From: Amoebophrya sp. A120
Lineage: Eukaryota > Protista > Dinoflagellata
Direction: 5' to 3'
DNA length: 64,000 bases
Assembly (NCBI GenBank): GCA_905178155.1
Contig: CAJINV010000002.1
Span: 1,733,216 to 1,797,215 of the forward strand
Made by a program: the position numbers and the translations under genes. The notes under the pieces were generated by a model. That model did no database searches. It saw only the letters and a program-made list of their open reading frames with translations, and was not told the origin of the DNA. Shown in pieces: positions 52,101 to 60,504 of the stretch. Each line of letters opens with the position of its first letter. Position 1 is the stretch's first letter.

Positions 52101-55100
52101 ACCGCACTTGCTGGGCGACGGTTTTGGCCTGGCTGGCGTCAGGACTGCCTGAATATGCTCCGGAAGAGGAAGAAGACGAGTTCGAAGCGGATGGATCAGT
52201 TGCACTACCACCGGGCACTCCTACTGCGGAAGATGGTCCTGCGCTACTACCGCTACCCGCATTTCCTCCAACCTCGCTGCTGATATGCCCCTTCAACTCT
52301 TCCTTGTCCGCTTCCATCTGCTTTTTCAAATCGGTTTGGAGTTGGCCAGAACTGCCTAGCAAACTTGTGAGCTTCTTCTCCACGGCGTCCGCAACTGCGG
52401 CAATGCCCTCGTCGTCCACTGCAGAGTTAGTATTTGTTTTTGCGCCAGCGGAAGGGGAAGAAGAGGACGCAGATGGCGAAGTACTAGCAGTTCCGTTAGT
52501 ACCACTCTGGGTGGTCGTATTAGAAGCTGCTGCACTTTTCGCATTAGCAGCTTTGTTTTTCGGTTGCGTATGTACAGGAACATAAGTCGGCTGAGGAGCT
52601 GGCTCGAACTTGTCTAATTCGGTCGAGATGTGGTTTTCCAATTCGGTGGTTAATTCGTCTTTCATATGGATTGCAAAAGTGTCTGGGTCTGGAAGATTGC
52701 CAGGTTTGTCATGCAGATTCTGCATGATTCGCGACGCCTGTAATGCATGATCTAGCATCACAGATTTGTAAAGGGCTTCCTAATGCCTATCCCGCATGAG
52801 CAATTCCCTCTCCGCGTAACACAAACTGGACTCCTGTTGCTGCTCATGCAATACAGATTTTTTTGGAATCCAAAGACAGCACTACAAGTTCCAAGCTTCC
52901 GGACCCAGACATATTTGCATTTGATACTTTAAATTCTCAGCGGTCGTCGTCATGTCCTGTTTCAAATCCTGCTGGAGTTCCCCAGTAGGAGCGAGTAAAT
53001 TCGCTAGTAATTGCTGGACCTCGTGTATCCAGGAAAAAAACTGTGTAAGTGTAACTCTGTGGGAGGAGCAGCATCACAAATTTGTTTTGAATTACAGGGA
53101 AAACCTGTCATGCGCACCTAGTACGTGAAAAAACGTATGAAATACGGCAATGACGCACGTCCAGCATGACAAGTGTAACTGTTTTGCATATTCTGCATCA
53201 CAGACTTACACTTACTCAGTTTTTTTGTGGCATATCGTGGGTCACGTGTTGGGCGATCTCTGCGGCGGTGAAATTCGCGTCGCTGATGTTCACTGGGTTC
53301 GGCCCGATGTCGATAGGTGTGCTGGCTGGAGTTGTGCTAGAAGTATTATCACCGCTGGTGTTACCCGCCGGGCTGCCGGAGTCAGTCGTGCCTGGAACAC
53401 CCGAAGAAGAGCCACTCTTAGAACTTGCCGAGCTAGAACCTCCAGATGAACCACCTGTATTGCTATTACTGCTAATCTCTTGCTTCAGACTGTCTGTGTT
53501 GTGGGTCATTTCGTGTTTCAGCATTTCCGAATTGCTCGCCATTTCGTGCTTCAAATCCTGCTGTAACTGACCGGAAGAGGAGAGCAAGTTGTTCAATAAT
53601 TGTTCCACAACCGTTTTCACCTGACTCGCCACCGCGGTCGCGTCTAGATTTGATGATGATGGTTTTCCTCCGTCATCGCTCTCGCTTGATGCCCCGTCGC
53701 CGGCTTCATTATCCTCGCCCGAGTCGTCTCCCGAACCATCGTCAGGTGCTGGCGCAGGTGAAGCAGCGGATTTACCAGAAGGCACGGTTGTAACACTAGG
53801 CGCTGGCGCCGGTTGCACGTCAATGTTGTTAATCTCGTGTTTCAATAATTCCGCATTGTGTGCCATCTCGTGCTTTAAATCCAGTTGCAACTGCCCACTA
53901 GACGACAACATCTCTAACATTTTCTGTTCCACAGCGGAAACGATTTCCGAAGTGTTCACAACGGTCGTGTTCAACCCAGTACTGTCCTGAATGATGTTCG
54001 TCACGTGGTGGTGGTCGTGATGCGCGTAGTTGTTCACCGTGTTGGTCGTGTTCAACGAACTCAAATCCAGTTTCGCTGCACTTAAATCCAGATTCGACAA
54101 TTTATCCTCCAATTCGGTGGAAAAATCCTGCTGCACTTCCGTCCGGATATCAAATGCAAATATGTCAGGCGGGTCTGGGCTTGTGCAAGACTTGTAATGC
54201 TCCACTAACAGGAGACAAAGATCTGTCATGCATGTTGCGCTACCGCGCTGCTTTTTTGTAAATGCAAAAACGCAGTTTCTCATGCAGTTTACGCAAGACC
54301 TACAAGTCGCTCAGATACTTGTCATGCGTTTCCCCATGTTGGAGGATGCTTGTGAGCTGCAAACATGCATCACAACTTTCCAGACCCAGACATATTTCCA
54401 ATACATACCGGATCTCCGTTTTTAATTTGTCCGCGTTCGTCGCCATTTCCGTTTTCAAATCGGTTTGGAGCTGGCCGTATCAAATGTAAAAATGTCTTGG
54501 TCTGGAAGGGTGCAACTTGTGATGCTGCCTTTGGATTCTACATAAAATCTGTCTTGCATAAACAGGAAAAGAGGTCCAGTTGTTGCTACGCAAAGACGGC
54601 ACTTCTCATGCGGTAGGAGCATCAGAAAGCTCTCGCAGAATCTGTGATGCTAGGCATGCATCACGATCACAGACATCATGACTCATGGAAAATATGCATG
54701 ACAAGCCTTGTATTCATCCAGACCCAGACATATTTGCATTTCATAGGCCGGAAGAGGAGAGGAGCTCAATCACTTTTTGTTCCACTGCAGTGGCGATTGC
54801 GTCGGTGTCGATAGAACCACTGCCACTGGAACTGCTACCGAAAATGCTGCCGCTGCTGTTGTTAGAAGAAGAAGCAGAACTAGATCCCCCACCATTGTTC
54901 GCCAGCGCGTGCGCCACCGAATCCTCTAAAGAGTCCATGAAATTCTGCACGGTGACTTCCTTTGCTAGTGTCCCGACCGTGGATTCTTTCGCGACTTTTT
55001 GATCCAAAGTGCCTACCGCGGTTCTCAAGTCCGACACGTCGGCTTTGATGGTGTCGAGGTGGTCTTCCGTTAAGGTCCCAACAGACTGAATCAAAGTGTC

Positions 55101-58100
55101 CAGTTTCGAAGCGAGACTGGATTGCGCCGTGGTGATGGCGTTGAGCTGTTTTATTTGGAGATTTTTACATGACAAGGAGATCCACTCATGCGAAAGTACG
55201 CATGACAAACTTTACAAATACAGATTCAAAGCAACATTACCTTGATATCCTCCGCATCCAGTCTATTGTTGATCTTCACCAATTCATCCGTCGTCGTGCT
55301 CCCAACGTCTAAACTCTTCACTTTCTCCCGAAGCGAAGAAGAAGAGGTCAACGTCTCCTTGTTCGCCACCAAACTGTGTGCCGGGACTAACGGTATCGGC
55401 TTGAAATACTTCGGTGGTTCGTCTTGTGGGGGCGGCGGGTTTTCCCCTTTTTGTGGGGGTGCTGGCGGCTTCTCTCCCTCTTTTTCTTTGTCTTTTTTAT
55501 CCTTCCCCTTCTCGTGCAGATTCGGTTGTGGGTTCTGCGCATGGTCGTTCGAGTCTATAGTCTGGTGCGGCGGGAGAACGATCGGGGGTTGTTTGCTATT
55601 TTTACTGCCAGGAGGTTTTGTCGTTTTAGTTCCCTTCGTGCCGTGCGGCTTTACATCCTCCTCTTCTTTGGGTTTTTCATCGTTGTTTTCCCCCGCCGCA
55701 GCAGTACCTCCAGGAACACCAGAGTGCTCTTCTTCAGTTTTATCCACACCGCCGTTCCTCAGCGTGTAGCTTTTGACATTTTCATTTAACGTCGCCGCAG
55801 AAGTTTTAGTAGTTTTTGCCTCCTTCCTCGCCACCGACATGGCCGCAGCCATCTGATCCAAATAGCTCGCACCAGATCTGCTTATTCTACCGGTTGCAAT
55901 TTTGCTCATGTGGATTTCGTCTAAGCCAGCTTCTTGCACGGGGGAAAGATGTTGGAGGGGCGACAAGTGCTCGTCGTGGGGATGATTATGTAGTGGTGTT
56001 GGAGTTATTTCTCTTTCTGATGCGCGGCTTCTCTCCCCTTTTTCTACTTCGTCGTCCTTCTCCTCTTCCCTCACCGCCGCGGCGTACTTTTTCGCCTTTT
56101 TCGCCACTTTTTCCAGCGTGATTTGCTTCTTCTTGTAATCTTCCGCCACGGCCTTCGAAGGCATCTTCAGTACGTAGTCGAAATTTTTATGGTGTTTTGT
56201 TCCACCCTGGAGGTACTCGTGCTTCTCGGGTTTCTGCATGAGCTATTAAAACCTTGAAAACGCTCCCCAGGGAAAAAATGCAAAAATGTATGTTGTCACA
56301 GATCCGAATGCGATGCTGATGTGGCGCGAAGTTATAAAAAATGCATACGGCTTCTGCTTTCTGCTTGCGCATGAGAAAAAATAACTGGTTGCTCCTCAGA
56401 CTACGACATGCAACTTCGCTTCGTATATGATAAACCCTTTATCCTTTCTGAGGCACGTGTTCATCAATTTCTTAGTAGCGTCTTGTCCATCATCTCCTGA
56501 TATGCAAGCTCCGGTGTCAAAAACGGTTTTTCCTGTTCCCCCCCTTCGTTTTCCGCATCTTCCCCTTCCTCCAGCATCTTATGAGTGTCGGCACTGCTCC
56601 TATGCTTTTTTCTCCTCCGTCGTGCACTCGCTTTCTCCGCTTCTTTTTCTTCTTCATCACTGTCTTCCTCCAAATCTTGGTATCTGCTCCCGCTTGTTCC
56701 CCCCTCCCCGGAATCGCTGCTCCTCCTGTGTCCCCCCTCCCCGGAATCGCTGCTCCTGTGGTGGCTTTCGTCTCTTCTCTCCCGCCGCTGGCTCTTGCGG
56801 ATTAACGTCGCCGCGTCGTCCGCACTCAAAGCGGGAGGAGTGCCGCGGGGGCTTCTTTCCGCCGGGTCGGGGAACGCGTTTGGGTAATGCGAAGATCTCG
56901 CGGATGAATGGGAATTGTGACGTCTACTTGGAGGCACGGGAACGTAGTTATGCGGCAAATTTCCGGCGCCCTTGCCGTTGATGGGCGCGTGCACACCGTT
57001 GGGGCGGTAACCGGGCATCTGCTTCGATGATGAGGCCGTTGTTGTTTGGTCTTGGATCTTTAGATCCTTTTCTTCTGCTTTCATCTCTTTTACCAGTTCC
57101 GACGATGTGGAAGAAAATTTTTTCCTGTCTTGGATCTCCGTGTTGACCTTCGCTTCATCAAGACCGAAAATTTCCTTCGCCGCAAGAAGCGCGTGCTGTT
57201 TTGCCTTTTCCAAACCGGAGAGATGAGCTACTTCCGCGTTAGGTCGTGTGGTTTTGAACACTGCTCCCGCTGAACCTGCGTCATCTGTAGGAATTTGGTC
57301 TCTTCTTTCTGGCCCCGACTGCTCCACCTTCTCGACGGGAGGTTTTACTGCCATTTCGCGCTTCGAAGGCAGGTCCAGAATTTCCGAAACCGGCGACGTC
57401 TTGCTGGTCATTTCGGAAGGCAGTTGCTGCTGCTGCTGATGTGGCTTGTCCGAAAGCTCGCTTTCACCAGTCAGCTCCGGATTATGTCCCTCCGAAACGT
57501 CAAACGGGCCCGCTGCAAACTTCTGGCGCTGCTGTTTCTCTAGTGCAGCGAAGTCTACCATATTGTTGTCATGCGCCGCAGATGAAGATCTCCCCGCTGG
57601 AGTGGTTCTGATCTCATCTCCACTTCTTCTGCTCGTCGACTTCATCACTCCGTGGTCTGTTTTCTTCACCCAACTATTCCCTCTACTCCGAACGAAATTT
57701 CCGGAAAAAAGTTTGTTCCCCAGCATGCGCACCAACGGCACCATTCCGGCTCGGCGGTTGTACGAACTTCTGATCGCCTCACGACGGAAGCGGTCTCTCC
57801 TGCTGCGTTTGCTACTGTCATCTTGCTGTGCAGGAGGAGCCTTGGCTCCCCTAGCAGACCAAGAGGACGGCCTATTTTTCCTGTTGTTGTTCTTTCCCTC
57901 TCCGGAAAGAAGAACATCGGAATAAACGGAACTTGTGCTCGTAGTTGTAGGACGACTAGCTTCGGTCGTGCTGCTTGGTGGTACTAGTCCAACGTGGTCG
58001 ACACGGTTCTCGAACACTTCCCCGAGCTGTCCTGCGACGGTGTGAGGAAGTACAGAATCATGCTGGTAGGGGATTTTTGCATCTTTCTCCTTTTCGGTAC

Positions 58101-58266
58101 TTCGCCGAGCTTGCTCTTCCCCCGCAGCAGTCGCGGCAGCCGTGGCAAGACCAACGAGAGGGTAGTAGTGGCTCGTCCATTGGACGAAAAATAAAAGCGT
58201 CGCAGTTGTTGTCGGCAAGAACGACAAGCGGGGACTAAGAAAAGGCCGCCGCTTCCGGTTTCTCAT
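46122..58266 (-). CDS. Giant repeat/coiled-coil protein with S/T/G-rich linkers, possibly secreted; ~2,237 aa from ATG 56239, or ~2,825 aa if the 58266 exon is joined
   Basis: Thirteen introners and two GT-AG introns removed give a 6,714-nt frame from 56239. Joining the upstream ORF via a GC-AG intron at 56243-56505 is plausible but uncertain. Confidence 0.72.
47411..47662. mobile_element. Family A introner
   Basis: TIRs, perfect TSD cgccg, frame restored. Confidence 0.9.
47832..47972. mobile_element. Family C introner (degenerate)
   Basis: TIR remnants, TSD ctgcg/atgtg (2 mismatches), frame restored. Confidence 0.78.
48115..48393. mobile_element. Family F introner
   Basis: TIRs, TSD gcctt/gcttt. 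A GC-AG reading is possible. Confidence 0.9.
48525..48625 (-). other. Canonical GT-AG intron
   Basis: CCG|GTATAG...CAAAACAG|CAA, frame restored. Confidence 0.75.
48974..49203. mobile_element. Family E introner
   Basis: TIRs, TSD ctaac/ccaac, frame restored. Confidence 0.88.
49367..49645. mobile_element. Family F introner
   Basis: TIRs, TSD caccg/gaccg, inverted relative to the 48115 copy. Confidence 0.9.
49859..50066. mobile_element. Family E introner (in frame, stop-free)
   Basis: TIRs, perfect TSD tcttc, 213 nt including one TSD. Confidence 0.9.
50807..51058. mobile_element. Family A introner
   Basis: TIRs, perfect TSD ttctc, frame restored. Confidence 0.92.
51228..51481. mobile_element. 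Family A introner
   Basis: TIRs, perfect TSD catcc, frame restored. Confidence 0.92.
51642..51890. mobile_element. Family A introner
   Basis: TIRs, perfect TSD ccctg, frame restored. Confidence 0.92.
52665..52926. mobile_element. Family A introner
   Basis: TIRs, TSD tttca/cttta (2 mismatches), frame restored. Confidence 0.88.
53026..53234. mobile_element. Family I introner (singleton; TIR core aaaaaactg.gtaagtgtaa.tctgtg)
   Basis: TIRs, perfect TSD tcgtg, frame restored. Confidence 0.9.
54148..54407. mobile_element. Family A introner
   Basis: TIRs, perfect TSD ccgga, frame restored. Confidence 0.92.
54478..54745. mobile_element. Family A introner
   Basis: TIRs, perfect TSD ggccg. The join restores the protein repeat SSSGQLQ. 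Confidence 0.92.
55146..55240 (-). other. Canonical GT-AG intron
   Basis: AAG|GTAATG...AAAACAG|CTC, frame restored. Confidence 0.78.
56243..56505 (-). other. Possible GC-AG intron (or a short intergenic gap)
   Basis: CTT|GCATATC...TAATAG|CTC keeps the frame. Introner-like length and a gcatgagaaa motif, but no clear TSD. Confidence 0.4.
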
Positions 58267-58659
58267 GCTGCCTGGAACTGGATGTAAGGTTTTCGCAGTT
58301 CAGGGTCGGTCGCTATCGTCCATCCTGTGAAAAAAACTTCTCGCTCGGCGGACGAGAGCGACCTTGGGATGACCTGGTCATAAAGGTCAGACTGAGCTAG
58401 GCTTTTGTTGGCCTTGGGATAGTACGATTGCGCAACAGAATAGAAAGAACAACTTTCGCTCTAGAGGCTTCTCTGTGATACAGCACTCCGACGTCTGGGC
58501 ACTCGCAAAAGGCCAGACACCGTCAAAAACTCCTCGCTCATGAACTGCTCTCAACATGGTTTGCTGTTGTGCCTTGTCTTTGGGAACACGAGACAGAACT
58601 AAGGAGGAGGCACATACACAAGAAGCGATGCGCGCAGGAATCCGCGGCGGAGCAGAGTG

Positions 58660-60100
58660 AAGCGCTACAGACATAGCGCGTGGGCGGCTGGGTGGCGGAA
58701 CTGCCGAGTGTGTTATCTAGTTACAGAGCACCTTGCAGGGAGAGACAGGACAACGACCGCGCCCCGCTTCGTGGACGACGAAATCAGCGCCACCCGCCCC
58801 GCCCCCCCCCCGGCTGCATGGCACGGTTAACATACAATGCGCCCGATGGCTGTCTGCGGTTGCTTGAGGCGGCAGCGGGCGGGCGCGCGCCTGGAAACAT
58901 AGAGACACACCGACCGACCCACCCGCCACAGAGGCTGGCGGGCCAACGGGGGAGCCGGCAAGCCGAACGGCCGGGGCGCGCGAGACTTCTGCCGGGCCTC
59001 CGATTGTTTGCCGGGCGGCACGCGGCGGGCCCAGACGGCGGCTGCGCCCTACACTCACACGCCCAGCGAACGGCGCGCGGACGCCGGCCCAGGTCGGTGG
59101 GCCACACACACAGCAAGGGGCCGGCGCGGGCGGCGCGGGCCCAAAAGCCGCCCCGGAGGAGAGGCACGCAGGCGGCGGGCGCGGCCGCCCCCGGGCACGG
59201 GCCAATCAAACAATCGGCACAGCACAAGGCTGCGCACTCCGCCTGCGTAAAGGAATCGAGCGCAAGCGGAAAGTTCGCAGACGGATCCGGCTCCTCCAGG
59301 GTAGTCGGCCGACGAATCGCGCCGCTGCGCTGTGTAACGGGCAGATTTGACAAAAGCTCGTAATGCACGCCGGCGGCGTCGCCGTAGACGCCGCCGTAGA
59401 CGCCGCCCGGCCCCAGCCGTCCACAAATACTGGGCCCCTGCGTGCCGGCGCGCCCAACCCCCAAGCGCCCGGCCTGCTGCCGGGCGAACAGGCCAACGGC
59501 CCATCGATCAAGGGCGGCCGGCCGGGCCGCGCCAGGCCGGCAGGCCCGAAACCAGCCGGCCGGCCATCGCCCGGGCGGCCAGCCCGGGGGGCCTGCAGGG
59601 TGTGGCCGCTCAGTTAGCCGCGGGCTACACCACCTCGCGCAGCCTTTGAAGTGCACCTGGTCAGCTTCGAGAAGTGATTCGCTGGGCCCCGCCGCGTAGT
59701 AGATTACTTTGCCGAAACCATCGCTGACGTTTGACTTCCGCCCGCGGCGCTCATTTCACCAAGCTCAACGCGGTCCGCCCTTCACTCCCGCGCGCCTGCC
59801 TCGAGCAACTGAGCGGCTACATAGGGGCACCGGAGGGCAGGCGTGCCCGCCGCCCCGCCAAGATCGCCGCGGCCATCTGCGCCGCATCCGACTCCGCACG
59901 CGGCGACAGGGGGGCAGCGAAGCAGGTGGCCACGCTGGGGCACGTTGCTAGCCCCTGCGAGTGCTGGGCCGCCTTGTAGGCGGCCACAGGGCCCGGCCCC
60001 CCGTGCGGGCGGGGCGATTAGCTTGGGCGCCTGCGCCACCATCCCGCGCAGCGGCCGCCCTAATTGCACCCCCCCCCCCTGGGCTTGCATGCGCGCGAAA
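58660..60100. other. Very GC-rich intergenic island
   Basis: Composition only. Edges approximate. Confidence 0.6.
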
Positions 60101-60504
60101 TTGCAAACCAAGAAAGCGCTACGAAGCATGCGCCTGGAAGAAAAAGAACAACGCCGCTCGGATGTGTCCGGTGAGAATGCACAAGCAGTGAGCCATGTGC
60201 AAGAACAAAACAACGCACAGCAGCCACGGCAGTGGTGAACACTTTTTATCGAAACTCCCAGCGAATACACAATGTAGCTAAAGATCAAGCCTTGGTAGTT
60301 GGTGCATCAACGAATATCTCAAATCCGATATCGCAAAGCGTTGCCATCAGTCAAGACGCAATGCCACATCAGAGCTGCAGCAGTGGCGCTGCGTGATGCA
60401 GCATGTCGCAAAAAATGTTCAGTTCTTGGAAAATTTTCACGACACTCCAGGTAGCTTCAGGAACTTGTGCCACTACATTTATCACTTTCTTCGTCCTTCC
60501 TTCA

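Noticed and set aside
56700-56760. Tandem DNA repeat
   Set aside because: A simple coding duplication (HRSSDSGEGG x2).
31782-57925. Long plus-strand ORFs (e.g. 42160-42777, 46696-47520)
   Set aside because: Antisense shadows of minus-strand low-complexity exons.
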